Shown: positions 12,500 to 25,876, numbered from the whole stretch's first letter. The stretch is DNA of 63,541 bases, filler included, from Octopus bimaculoides (GCF_001194135.2; 9 parts of 7 records of this genome joined end to end with filler, not necessarily neighbours in it), one strand, 5' to 3'. A program made the numbers and translations. Notes: a model not told the origin generated them from the sequence alone.

Positions 12500-12677
12500 G
12501 ATGTTCTTTGCTCTATCTTCCTTTTCTGATAGACTTTCTTCTGTTTCTGAAGAAGAGCTTTGCTCGAAACGTTAAACTACCTTTCTTTTCTTCCCTGAGC
12601 GTCTGCTAATACTTTACCTGTACCAAGCCCTCGCGTTGTTGTTTTTTTAGTGTTTGTTCTTCGTTTTTGGGGGGATT

Positions 12678-12691
<14 letters not shown>
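12500..12691 (+). mobile_element. Penelope-like terminal repeat (pLTR)
   Basis: ctgaagaagagc...gctcgaaacgt motif with T-rich flanks, as typical of PLE termini; related copy at 23130..23360. Confidence 0.6.
12543..12577 (+). ncRNA. Candidate minimal type I hammerhead ribozyme
   Basis: gttt-CUGAAGA-a-GAGC-uuu-GCUC-GAAAC-GUU-aaac: catalytic core, 4-bp stem II, palindromic ACGU stem III, 4-bp stem I. Confidence 0.6.
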
Positions 12692-12717
<26 letters not shown>

Positions 12718-12923
12718 NNNNNNNNNNNNNNNNNNNNNNNNNNNNNNNNNNNNNNNNNNNNNNNNNNNNNNNNNNNNNNNNNNNNNNNNNNNNNNNNNNN
12801 NNNNNNNNNNNNNNNNNNNNNNNNNNNNNNNNNNNNNNNNNNNNNNNNNNNNNNNNNNNNNNNNNNNNNNNNNNNNNNNNNNNNNNNNNNNNNNNNNNNN
12901 NNNNNNNNNNNNNNNNNNNNNNN

Positions 12924-12969
<46 letters not shown>

Positions 12970-13324
12970 ATTAAGTAAACCGATGCCATTGAGTTCAGCA
13001 TCTTCTCTTCCGCTTCACTCGTGCTACATCTCTACCATCCAATTCATTCATGCTATACCGCTCCCGTTCATCCACCCCAGTGAAACACCTGTATTATCCA
13101 CCCCACTTATGCTGCATGTCTATTACTCATCTCAGTAACACAATACTTCTACCATCGACCCCTGTGGTGCTACATTCTTAGCATTCATTGCAATGACGCT
13201 ATCTATTTCGCCCACCCCGTTGATGCCACACCCCTATCTTCCACCGCAGTATTGAAATATCTCTATCTGCCATTCAAGCAAAACAAGAAAAAAACACCAC
13301 TGTTATCCATCTCAGTTCTGCTGT

Positions 13325-13576
13325 ACTTCTATTTCACCTGCACTTATACTATACCCTCATTTCCACCCGCAATAATACTATACATCTATTTGCACCCGCA
13401 ATAATACTACAGTTCTATTTCCACCCTCAATAATACTAAACCTCTATTTCCACCTGCAACGATACTATTTAATCTATTTTCACCTACAATGATACTATGT
13501 CTCTATTTCTACCCGCAATAAAACTATATTTCTACTTCCACCCGCAGTAGTATTATATCTCTATTTCCACCCGCAG
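13325..13576. repeat. ~29-30-bp minisatellite, about 8-9 diverged copies
   Basis: Consensus approximately ctctatttccacccgcaataatactatat; fainter copies extend upstream. Confidence 0.88.
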
Positions 13577-14175
13577 ATTTTGCGAGGTTGGTTCATATTG
13601 ATAACGTTAACATTCCAAGCCGTAGTAGAAGACACTCGCACAAGATGCAGCACTGTGTGATTGATCCGCAAATCTCATAACTACGAAGCAAATTTCTTAA
13701 CTACACCATGACCGACAAGTTTTCCACGTAGCCTTCAATTTCAACAGTTTTCCTTCATGTTTGAAAACGATCATTTTAAACAAAGACCGAGTGTAGTATT
13801 TGTACAGGATTTGGATGAGGAAGGAAAAAGAAAAGCAGCAGTCACTGTTGTAATAATAGGCAGAGTAGACCGAGGACCCAGAATGTACGTCTGTAGGCCG
13901 GAAGTTGACGGAGGTATATTGGTGACTTCATATTGTTTTTTGTTTTACTTTAACACAAGGCAGATTTTTTTAAAAGAGAAATATTTTAATATTTGAACGG
14001 TAATTTTAATATTTGAATGGTAATTTATATTCTATGAATGAGGCACAAAACTTTCTTGATTGATCTAAAACCAGGACGTAAAGGATTCAAATAAAATATT
14101 TTAAGGTACCCTGGTATCATTTACACACCCAAGCAACGCAATTCGTTACCAATTCCAGCTGATCTGGCTCCTTAA

Positions 14176-14344
14176 CACTAGGCTCGCTTTTGCTTTTCTG
14201 TTTTTAATTTCTACGAATGTATTGAATATGTGTATATATGTATATATTTTAGTATGTAAATTTTTTTCAATAAGATTTTCAATGCCGGTCAAAAATGACC
14301 GCTATGGTCCTTGTAGGAAGCAAGAAATGTTGGTACTTCTAGTG
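14176..14344. mobile_element. piggyBac-type MITE
   Basis: ttaa|cactag...ctagtg|ttaa; an empty-site paralogue (ccctttaaagaaagcttc) lies near 14961..14980. Confidence 0.75.
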
Positions 14345-14713
14345 TTAAAGAAGGCTTCTTTTCACTTCTTCGAGAGCAGCTAGTTCAGAAGAACAGAGGC
14401 TACTACAGTAGCGGTAGAAAAAGTAGAATGAGACCACAAACAGCACGTCTGTGAACCCGAGGTTGGTGGAGTAAACTGGCGGGCGATTTCATATTTCGTT
14501 TTCTATTCTTTTTTATTTCAACACAATTCAGATTCTTAAGAAAAACATTAATATTTGAACGATCCTAGTATATTACTGGTACTCATCATTTACGAATGAA
14601 ATACAGAACCACGTTGATGGGATTAAAAACCAGAACATAAAAGAACCAAAGTAAATATTTTAAATTACTCTGGTATTTTTACACACCCAAGAAAGAAGGC
14701 ATTACATGATATT

Positions 14714-14922
14714 GGTTTCAAATTTTGGTACAAGGCCAGCAATTTTAGGGGAGAGGTAAGTCGATTACATTAACCCCAGAGTTCAAAGTTCAACCGAAAG
14801 GATGAAAGGCGAAGTCGACCTCGGTGGAATTTGAACTCAGAGCGTAACGGCAGAACGTAATGGATGAAACGCCGCTAAACATTTAGCTCGGCGTGCTAAC
14901 GATTCTACCAGCTCGCCACCTT
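14714..14922 (-). mobile_element. SINE family B with ~18-bp TSD
   Basis: TSD aaggcattacat(g/a)atatt at 14696..14713 and 14923..14940. Confidence 0.9.
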
Positions 14923-15630
14923 AAGGCATTACATAATATTAACCATTTCCAGCTGATCTGGCCCTTTAAAGAAAGCTTCTGCTCACTTCTTCGAATTTAG
15001 ATAAAAAATGACAATGCTCTCCTTTTCGTGTCCAGTTGGACATCTTGTGAACAGCACTCTAAACTAGTTTGGCAGAGAAATACTGTGTGCCGTGGCCTTT
15101 TTACAACAATTAACAACAAAGAAGCATTGTTCATTCCGAAGATTCTTCTCAGTATCACACAACAGTCTGAGTTATCTTTTCAAATGGAAACGAAAAATGG
15201 TTTTCGATAAATCTACCTTTTGTAATGAGACAAGAAGGAAACTCTTTCCAAAATGCTTCACAAAGAACTATTTTTCCAATGCACAGCTGCATACCGTTTT
15301 GCTCATAAAGAATTCTAAAGAACGGCAGCAATGGAATTATTTGGACGAAAACTCTGCTTATTTACCGAAGAGGAAAAAAAAAAATTACATCGATTTCTTA
15401 ATACGAATAAGGTGTTGCATTTCATTGGAGCGGGGAAGAAGAGGGGAAAATCGATTACATCGATAATAACACTTTATTTGATCTATTCCAAATGGAACAG
15501 CTTATAATCCGGTGGGATTTGAGCGCGAAACGTAAAGAGATTGAAAAAATACGACAGGACATTTTGTTCGACGTTCTTATGAATTTAACAAGCAACCGCC
15601 CTTTGCAGAAGAGGAAAAATAATAATTGAG

Positions 15631-15679
<49 letters not shown>

Positions 15680-16514
15680 CCATCCATCCATACATACATT
15701 CACACACCCACACGCACGCACACACACACACGCACACACATGTATGTATGTATGTATAAACTAAAGAATCTTCAGTTTAATTCCGCAGTTACACCGCATA
15801 CACATTTGCACCTATAAATGTCATGAGTGTAGGTAACTTTTTCTCTATAGTTGCTCCATCTGCAAGAAATGGCAACTAAATCTTCGATGCATCATACTCG
15901 ACCGTCTTTATAAAGAGAAGAACGCATTGAATAATCTAATACTGGAGTACGCATGGAATAATATAAAACTGAAGTACATTAACCAATATGTACTTCCTCC
16001 ATGTTGTTGTTGTTGTAGTTGTTGCTATTTAACCCTAGGACAGCTCTCGTCCTACAAAGCCGAAACCAAAATTTTTCCATCTACAGTCTTTCCATCTTTA
16101 ATTAGACATAATGTACCTAGGACTACATTCTGCAATGTATTCTTTACTGTTGTTCCTTAACACCACCTAATCCCTAATAGCAAATTTATGATCAAAGGCA
16201 ATCAAGCCGTGACCATCTCGTCTTTTTTATGACAAGGACTACATTGTTTAACGTGTCCTTCATATTTTTTTTAATTTTCAGGTTTTAAATTGTGATTTTC
16301 TGGAAGATCTGTCTACTATTTCTAGTAGATCAGGTGACTACGTAGACATTCCCTTGATGACTCTTTGCCTGATGGCAAATCTCTTTGTGACAGTGTGTTC
16401 TGGGTGAAACTTCGCTGTTATTTCTAGTAGAATGAGCGACCGTATAGAGGCTCTGGCGATTGTTCTCTTGATTTAGTTTTGACTTATCAAAGATTTGTTG
16501 ATAGTTCCGTTTGA

Positions 16515-16575
16515 TATCATTATCATCATTTCCGCGACCATCATCGTCATCGTCATCATCACCAGCATCATCACG

Positions 16576-16626
<51 letters not shown>

Positions 16627-16850
16627 AGCGTCATCATTATCAGAGTTATGGCTGTTGCCCCATCCTCTCCTTCCGGCTTTCTCTTATACTCATTCTCTCC
16701 CCTCCATCCCTTCTATTCTCCTCCTCCCCTTCCTCCTCTCCTCTCCCCTCTACCCCCTCTCATCTGTTTTCTCTTCTCCTTTTCTCCTCCTCTCTTTCTT
16801 CACTTCTCCTCCACCTCTTCCACCCTTCTCCCTCCCTGTTCTCTATCCTC
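16515..16850. repeat. (CAT)n and C/T-rich low-complexity tract
   Basis: Seen directly; explains the poly-Ile and poly-Ser ORFs. Confidence 0.9.
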
Positions 16851-17759
16851 ATATTATTGTCTGAGACTAAACCGTTAATTAATATGTTCAATCCATCGAG
16901 AACCTCTGATGTTTATTCTATAAGCCGTCATAATCCTCTCGGCAAGTGAAGATAAGTCATTAGAACTACAAGAGAAATAGTTCGTGGGGGATCATCTCAA
17001 TACTAATTTACAATAACGAGAGATGATTTCTAAGGTTAAGAATTTACGGATTTGCAATGAAATGTCATTCTTCAAATAATTCTGTAGAATGCTTGAAACA
17101 ACAAAAATGTCAGACTGATGACATGAATTTTTATTCTTAATCTGTTCCAGTAGATTCGAACGTGATTATGCTAATCGCTGATATGTTTCGTCATAAGAAA
17201 ACGTTAATGAATTATTAATACACATCGTCTGTGCTATGACGTGGGTATACACGTCTGGTGTGAAATGGTATAACACAAATAAATAGTTGGTTGTGGTTAT
17301 CTACAAATAACCTACCGCAGAATTATATTCTAACACAGAACGCACTCCGTACTACTCGAACGTGGGCACGATACTCAGTATTCACTGTTCAACTACCAAC
17401 TGTTAAACCAACACACATCGAGCTAACACGGTCAAACTAACACCTACCTCTTTATTTTAGACACACAGATTCATACAAAGAAAGGACGATATATGGACAG
17501 ACAAAACACCACAGTGGGGGTACATAAAACATATAACGAATGAAATTATGAATTATTATGATAAAAATGGAAATGAAATGTCTTACCTGCTCCCCACTCG
17601 CAGGCAGTGTCATTTAACTGTTTATGTATAACATTTAACACACAGTTCACTATTCTTTTTGGGTTTTTTTAAAGTCACTTTTAAAGATTTTTACTTACTT
17701 TCATTTGCCACTATATATTCTATTAAAACCGCTAAGTTACGGGGACGTAAACACACTGG

Positions 17760-18235
17760 TGGCAATTCGTCATACCGAACCTGTATCAGCGATATTTCTA
17801 TCATCTCTCCGAACAGCTCCTTCAACTTCTCTCCATTCTCTTTCTCAAGCAAGGCTGCTTTGACGTCTTCGTTGTACTCATTCACCGTTAATTTAACCCT
17901 AATTACATGTTCCATCTTAATTATTTTTTCTCAGTCTCCACACTGTTTTAATAATTCACCATAGTCCGTAATTGTTTCCCTTTCTGTACTCCTTTCTGTC
18001 TTCCGTTATTAGTCTCTTCGGGCATCAGTTTCTCTTTCCTCTCTGTATCTTTCTCACTTGATGTTGTTGGCATCTCCCTTTATTCTTCCTTTCTTTTCTG
18101 CACGTTCGCTTTCTCCTCCCTTGGTATACCTAGTCCCACACACTGAGTCTCCTTTACGCTTGCCTTTCTCTTCTTCATCGGACTCTTAAGTGGTGAGTCC
18201 GCGTTTCCCTCTCTCTTCTTTCTCTTCACCGCTGA
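17760..18235 (-). other. Coding-like relic, possibly a LINE ORF1 fragment
   Basis: Purine-rich minus strand with EDVKAALLEKENGEKLKELFGEMIEISLIQVRYDE; no diagnostic motif recognised. Confidence 0.2.
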
Positions 18236-18269
18236 CCAAATACTCAGCACTGTTTAGAAGATTCTAGAT

Positions 18270-18484
18270 TAATCCTTTCTACTATAGGCACAAGGCGTGA
18301 TATTTGGGGGCGGGGACCAATAGATTAGATCGACCCAAGTATGCAACTGGTACTTAATTTATCGACCCCGAAAGGATGAAAGGCAAAGTCGACCTCGGCG
18401 GAATTTGAACTCAGAACGTAAAGACAGACGAAATACCGCTAAGCATTTCGCCCTGCGTGCCAACGATTCTGCCAGCTCGCTGCC
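18270..18484 (-). mobile_element. SINE family B, full length with 16-bp TSD
   Basis: TSD ttagaag(a/g)ttctagat at 18254..18269 and 18485..18500; A and B boxes intact. Confidence 0.92.
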
Positions 18485-18499
18485 TTAGAAGGTTCTAGA

Positions 18500-19100
18500 T
18501 AAATACACGAGTAAATAAGGAGAGCCTAGTCTCCGTGTGCAGGTAAGTAGTAAGTTTATACCAATCAGTGTGGAACTAATTAAGAAAGAACTGTATTTCA
18601 CGAAACGCGTTTTTAACACACCTAGATGTGCGCAACTCCTTCCCCGGGCAAGTTGGCTTGCTGCGCTAGTCTGCGGTTTCCCTGCTGCTAACTTTTGCTG
18701 TTGGAGCCGTGTTCGAACAGAAGGGAGGCCGCGTTTTATAATAGCATTAAGAATAATATGTAATTCTTCGTTTCGATTCTTGGTGTTTACTGTGCTGATG
18801 ATGATGATTCATTAGTGGTTGACAGATCTCAGACAGTGATTTTTGTTCCGTAGTTAAAATCGGTAAAGAGGAATAAATTACTTTACTGCGTGGAAGAAAA
18901 AAAAAGAGAAAAAAACCTCCATTTAGGACGGATCTCTTCGTCGGAGATAGAGGAAATGTTTACTTCCGGTAAAACACTGCGTAGGAGAAATATAAAATGG
19001 CAACTTGTAGCAAAACACTTCATCAGTTAGAGATTAAATGGTCTATTTCAGCAAAACACTTCGTTGTTAAGGGACAAAATGCAAACTTCCGGCATAACGC
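18500..19100. promoter_or_regulatory. Possible promoter or first-exon region
   Basis: CpG-richer; ETS-like acttccgg at 18962..18969 and 19085..19092; YY1-like aaaatggc at 18994..19001; donor-like CAG|GTAAGT at 18540..18548. Confidence 0.22.
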
Positions 19101-19654
19101 TTTATCTGTGAAAAATGAAATATTTACTTTTTCGTTATATCTCGGATGCGTCATTATCCAATATTATACCCACGCAGTGGTTCTATTTCACCTCTTGCAT
19201 TATTATTATTAAGAGTCAATTCGTTAGGATTCAACCAATTAATTATCTAATCGATTATAAGATTAATCGTTCGGTCAATCAATCAGCTAGGTCTGTTAAA
19301 GTCCTTTTGTCGCCATTCGTGATCCCATCAATGATATGTTAAATATCATTTTGAAATAGTAGACTTAAAAACCAAATTGGATTTAATATTAGTAATACTA
19401 GGCGGTAGGAAGACCTATGCAGGACAGATTAACCAAAGATAGGGGCGAAAAATGAGAATACGGTTGTTGATAATCTATAAATTACTTATGTCTGAGTTCG
19501 TTGCACATGAGTTTGATGTAAATAAAAATAGAAATAGATGTTATGTTAATAGCGCTAAACGGTAAGAAACTAGGATGAGAATATATCGAGGTTCCAGTTA
19601 AGGAATTAATTACTATAAGGAAGATATGTTTAGCAGGTGTTATGTTAATATTCT

Positions 19655-19841
19655 TTTCTATTCTAGGCACAAGGCCTGAAATTTTTGGAGAGGGAGCTAG
19701 TCGAATAAATCGACCCCAGTATTTAAGTGGTACTTAATTTATCGACCTCGAAAGGATGAAAAGCAAAGTCGACCTCGGCGGAATTTGAACTCAGAACGTA
19801 AAGGCAGACGAAATACCGCCAAGCATTTCGCCCGGCGTGAG
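19655..19841 (-). mobile_element. SINE family B, 5'-truncated with 13-bp TSD
   Basis: TSD atgttaatattct at 19642..19654 and 19842..19854. Confidence 0.92.
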
Positions 19842-20432
19842 ATGTTAATATTCTAAAAAACCGATAAAGAAGGAAAAATAAGATTAATAATAAGAAGAAC
19901 ACGGTAATTAGATTATATATCGTGAAAGAAAGTTGGTGTGCACCGGCTTCTTTTGGGTAAATAAAAAAACGAAAGCCAAGGTACGCCACGCACGCAACTA
20001 AGCAGGACTCTCATCAGGTAATCTCCTACAAAAAGGTGTTGGGTCCAGAGACAAAAAGGTGGGGCACAGGCCGTGAAATTTGAATGGCTAATGTAGTAAA
20101 TATAAACAATGTTTAAGAGTACATTAAAGAACAAAAAGGGATTAGTCCAAAGTCCTCGGTAGATTTGACAAAATAAATAGAAATGGCTTTCCTGTTAATT
20201 TTTCCACTTTATTAATTAGATGTTTATAATTCATTAGGTGTTTACACGATTTTAATGATTTATAAACATCTAATTATTAAACTTGAAAAATTAACGAAAA
20301 CCCACACGGATTCGCATCAGGAATCTTGCAAAAACAAATTCATAAACTATTTCTATTCATTTTGCCAAATACATACATATATGCATGTATACATACATAC
20401 ATACATACATACATTCATACACACACACACAC

Positions 20433-20479
<47 letters not shown>

Positions 20480-21195
20480 ATGTGCTGATCCGTGATAGAA
20501 AGTTTAACAAAAAATGTACTTCACCTAGTGAGAGATAAATATTATTTATTTGAAGGTCACAATACATGTATGAAAATGCTAATAATAGATTCATATTCTT
20601 CAGCCGCAAACCACATATAACAAACAGAAGAAATTGAATATATGATAGAAAAAACGTGTAAAAACTGAGAAGGCAGCATATAGAAAACGCAGAAAGTAAA
20701 CAAACGGAAAGCAAAAAAAAAAAGCAAAAAAAAACAGAAGCTAAAATGCAAAAATATGAAGTAAAAAGGTAAAGGAGCTATCTTCCTTAGACCTTAAGTG
20801 ATAAGGCTGGAAAGATATCAAGACAGTCAGGAATACGCGGAATTTCCCAATTCTTCAAAATATATTTATACATCAGCATGCAACTGCTGATCCAGAGTTC
20901 AATAGAGAGTTTAGGATCTCAGATCTGAACAGGATCTGCGCTCTTTCAGCCAAACAAAGTCTACATTTATTCGATCCATTCACATAAGGTATTGATTTCT
21001 CAATTACTTTCCATTTAATCACATGCAATGTTTCGTTATCTTTAAAGTCCACACGTAGCTAGCTAATTTAGTAGCTTTACTTTTGTTCCTACGTCGAAAG
21101 GAGGCTATGTGATTGGCATAGCAATTTTCAAATTCACCTTCAAATAATCCAATAAAGATTTTCTTATCAGTTGTATTATTTTTTTAGGGTTAGAA

Positions 21196-21406
21196 GGCGG
21201 CGTGCTGGCAGAATCATTAGCACACAGGGCGAAATGCTTAGCAGTATTTCGTCTGCCGCTACGTTCTGAGTTCAAATTCCGCTGAGGTTGACTTTGCCTT
21301 ACATCCTTTCGGGGTCAATTAAATAAATACCAGTTACGCACTGGGGTCGATGTAATCGACTTAACCCCTTCCCCTAAGCTGCCCATGTAACTAAAATTTG
21401 AAATCA
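21196..21406 (+). mobile_element. SINE family B (aaatttgaaa-tail variant)
   Basis: ggcggcgtgctggcagaatc head, gagttcaaattcc B box; tttagggtt duplicated on both flanks. Confidence 0.88.
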
Positions 21407-21964
21407 TTATTATTTAGGGTTGCAGTAACTTCTGCCTCATATATGATAGATTTGGTCATACATCGNNNNNNNNNNNNNNNNNNNNNNNNNNNNNNNNNNN
21501 NNNNNNNNNNNNNNNNNNNNNNNNNNNNNNNNNNNNNNNNNNNNNNNNNNNNNNNNNNNNNNNNNNNNNNNNNNNNNNNNNNNNNNNNNNNNNNNNNNNN
21601 NNNNNNNNNNNNNNNNNNNNNNNNNNNNNNNNNNNNNNNNNNNNNNNNNNNNNNNNNNNNNNNNNNNNNNNNNNNNNNNNNNNNNNNNNNNNNNNNNNNN
21701 NNNNNNNNNNNNNNNNNNNNNNNNNNNNNNNNNNNNNNNNNNNNNNNNNNNNNNNNNNNNNNNNNNNNNNNNNNNNNNNNNNNNNNNNNNNNNNNNNNNN
21801 NNNNNNNNNNNNNNNNNNNNNNNNNNNNNNNNNNNNNNNNNNNNNNNNNNNNNNNNNNNNNNNNNNNNNNNNNNNNNNNNNNNNNNNNNNNNNNNNNNNN
21901 NNNNNNNNNNNNNNNNNNNNNNNNNNNNNNNNNNNNNNNNNNNNNNNNNNNNNNNTTAGCCTCA

Positions 21965-22159
21965 ATTCTTTTATCAATTTCACTCATTAGACTGCGGCCA
22001 TGCTGGAGCACCACCTTGAATAATTTTTAGTAGACTTGGAATCGATCCCAGTAAATATATTTTAAGCTTGGTACCTATATTTTTGTCGAGCTGCTAAGTT
22101 ACAGAGATATAAGAAAAAAGCTCAACACCAGTCATCAAGCGGTTATAGGGGACAAAATC

Positions 22160-22200
<41 letters not shown>

Positions 22201-22360
22201 CATATATATTATGGGCTTCTTTCAGTTTCCTTCTACCAAACCCGTTTCACAAGGTTTTGTTCGGTCCGTAGGCTATAGTAGAAGACACTTGTCCAAGGTG
22301 CCACGCAGTAGGACTGAACCCGGAACCATGTGGTTGGGAAGCAAGTTTCTTATCACATAA
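21965..22360 (-). mobile_element. SINE family A
   Basis: Both halves present around a (CA)n(TA)n tract. Confidence 0.85.
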
Positions 22361-23069
22361 AATTTTAAAGTTCATCTCTACAGATTTTCTATGGAGTTGA
22401 GAGCCAGCACCGAAATTAGAAGAATAAATTAACTTGCTTCCTTGTTTGTACACATGGTTGGTTCACTGCTATTTATAGAGAGAATTAGAGAAAGAGAGGG
22501 GGGAGGGAGAGAGAAAGAGAGAGTCCTACTTAAGGGGAGAGAATTGTTATAAAGTTGCCTTTTCTTTTTTTTCCTCTTTTCTCAAATTACGTTTTCTGAA
22601 AGAAACTATCACTCAATTTGTTAATGACTCCTTTGATCTTTTAGCTATGGAAACACTTTCAGACTATCTTTTCTACGAAACTGAATTACCTCAGTGACTA
22701 TGAAACGTAAAGCAGATCAAAGTACAGAGTGCACTGCTATTTCTATTTGGACGGAAAGTGAAACTCTACGCAAACATCCGATGTTACTGTTACGAGCCAA
22801 CGTCCGATGTTACTGTCGTCTCGAGACTGGCTTGAAATAAACGGCGAAATCTCTCTCAAATACCGCCTGTCAGGCCGGGCTTGGGCGCGTGGTTCAGAAA
22901 GTATGCGTCGTAATTACGTGGTGTCGGGTTCAGTTTTGCTGTCTTCACTTCCACAGTTTAAGCAAATCTCTTCTACTTCATGTTATCAGGGCAATCAGTG
23001 CCATGTTAATACAATTTGGCAGATTGGTAGACAGAAACTGTGTGGATGCCAGTTGCGCTATATGCGTGC

Positions 23070-23108
<39 letters not shown>

Positions 23109-23129
23109 CATATGTGTATATATATAGGG

Positions 23130-23360
23130 AGAATTCATGAAAAAACAATAGACGAAGACAGGTGGTGTATATATATATAGGGAGAATTCACAAAAAAAAA
23201 CAAACAACAGACGAAGACAGGTGGTGTAGAAAACAAATAAATGTATTAGTATAACGCTCGGAATAGAGAAAGTCTTTAACGTTTCGAGCCTACGTTCTTC
23301 AACAGAAAGGAATACAGAAAGAAACAAGGAGAGAAAAAAAATGTGTGTAGTGGTCAGCGC
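23130..23360 (-). mobile_element. Penelope-like terminal repeat with degenerate hammerhead core
   Basis: Minus strand cttt-CUGUUGA-a-gaac-gtag-gctc-GAAAC-GUU-aaag at 23274..23309; internal direct duplication of gagaattca...agacgaagacaggtggtgta. Confidence 0.55.
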
Positions 23361-23759
23361 GTTCAGTTCTCGTTTAAATTGCAAACAGATTTACAAATAC
23401 TGGCAAGTAGCACAGTCAAATCATAAAATTGCTTGATTGTAATGTTAAGGTTATATCAAAGTTGAATTGGTGGATGGCTGGAAGGACGAGAGGATTGCCG
23501 ATGTGCAACTGTGAAACGATTGATGGTTGATTATTATCAATTTTGCAGAGCCTCTTGATATATTATAGTTTTGGTCTTGCTCTCTGCAGCATAAATAAAC
23601 AAATGATTTAGATTGCCGACTATTGAGTATCCTACATAAAGTTAACCATGAAAAAGAAAACGTTGGGGAAGGCATGGTCTGACATGGAATAAACAAAAAT
23701 TTATATAAGACATTCTATTGTAAAAACTGCCCAACAACGACGGGCTATTCATCTATAAA

Positions 23760-25120
23760 AGAAAATGAATATCATTATTTACAGTTTTATTGTTTCAGTA
23801 CGTTGGTAAAGTTTTAATAAATCTTAATTCAGTTATTTGAAAACAAATATCCTTTCTAGTAAAGGCACAAGGCCTGAATTCGTGAGAAGGGACTAGTCGA
23901 TTCACCTTTCCCTTGTAAGTTTTACATCTATTGTTGGAGATGTTATAAAAGTTTTGACTGAGCATACGAAAGTTAATTCACTAAAGCGTATGCGTTAACT
24001 CAAAGGTAAAAATTCAGTAAACATATTCTCTCTCTCTCCCGCTCTGTCACTCTCTGTCTCTGTCTCTCATATTCCCTGTCTTTCTGTCTTTTTCTGTTTC
24101 CTCCTCTTCCCTGATATCAGCCACCCTCATTATTCTACCACATTTCCCTCAACCTAACACTTTTGCACGCTTCTCATTTCATTATATAATAGCCCAATCT
24201 CCGTAGGGGCCCATTAGCGATTTTTATTGAAATCCAATTAGCCTATAACTGAACTGGATGTTAGTTTAACGTTCGTCTATGGAAGAAAATGAAGGACGTT
24301 ATCCATAGTTTTATTGTTTCTGTACGTTAGTAAAGTTTTAATAAAACTTAATTCGGTGATTTGAAAACAAATATAAAAACACTTTATCTTTCACTTGTTA
24401 GTTTTATATCTATTGTTGGAGATATTGTAAAAGTTTCGACTGAGCTTACGATAGTTAATTTACTAAAGCGTATGCTTTAACTAATAGGTAAAATTCAGTA
24501 AATACATTCTCTTTCTCTCCCGCACTGTCCCTGTCTCTTTGCTTTTCACATTCCCTGACTCTCTGTCTTTTCCTGTTTCCTCCCCTTCCCTGATATCAGC
24601 CACCCTCATACGAATTAAGTTTTAATAAAACTTCATTCGGTGATTTGAAAACAAATATAAAAATACCTTACCTTTCATTTATTAGTTCTACATCTGTTGT
24701 TTGAGATATTATAAAAGTTTTGACTGAGCATACGATAGTTAATTCACTAAAGCATACGTGTTAACTGAAAGGTAAAAATTCAGTAAACACATTCTCTCTC
24801 TCCCGCTCTGTCACTGTCTCGCTCTGTCTCTCACATTTTCTGTCTCTCACATTCCCTGTCTCTGTTTGTTTCTGTATCCTCCCCTTCACTGGTATCAGCC
24901 ACCCTCATTATGCCACCACATTTCCCTCAACCTAATACTTTTGCACCCTTCTCATTTTATCATATAATAGCCCACTCCCATAGGGGGTCCTTTAGAGAGT
25001 TTTATTGAAATCCAATTAGCCTATAATTGAACTGTACGTTAGTTTAACATGTATACAAATGTTCGTGAAGATCGGTTCACTGGTTTAGGCAGTAAGATGG
25101 TAACAGACAGAAATTGTCAT
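23760..25120 (+). mobile_element. Helitron-like non-autonomous element with ~520-bp internal tandem units
   Basis: Three related blocks starting near 23760, 24284 and 24612; ends with gaagatcggttcactggtttaggc...taacagacaga, resembling Lep1/DINE-type 3' ends. Confidence 0.6.
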
Positions 25121-25876
25121 TTATATATATATATATATNNNNNNNNNNNNNNNNNNNNNNNNNNNNNNNNNNNNNNNNNNNNTTAATTAATTAANNNNNN
25201 NNNNNNNNNNNNNNNNNNNNNNNNNNNNNNNNNNNNNNTATATATATATATATATATATATTACATACATATATGTGCGTATATACATATACACTATATA
25301 TACATACATATGTGTGTATATACATATATATTCATACTACATATATGTATACTACACACACACATACATGTATATACAAACATACACACGCCCATATACT
25401 TGCATGTATGTTTGTATATATATATGCATATATATATATATATATATGCATATATATATATATATATATGCATATATATATATATATGCATATATATATA
25501 TATATATGCATATATANNNNNNNNNNNNNNNNNNNNNNNNNNNNNNNNNNNNNNNNNNNNNNNNNNNNNNNNNNNNNNNNNNNNNNNNNNNNNNNNNNNN
25601 NNNNNNNNNNNNNNNNNNNNNNNNNNNNNNNNNNNNNNNNNNNNNNNNNNNNNNNNNNNNNNNNNNNNNNNNNNNNNNNNNNNNNNNNNNNNNNNNNNNN
25701 NNNNNNNNNNNNNNNNNNNNNNNNNNNNNNNNNNNNNNNNNNNNNNNNNNNNNNNNNNNNNNNNNNNNNNNNNNNNNNNNNNNNNNNNNNNNNNNNNNNN
25801 NNNNNNNNNNNNNNNNNNNNNNNNNNNNNNNNNNNNNNNNNNNNNNNNNNNNNNNNNNNNNNNNNNNNNNNNNNNN

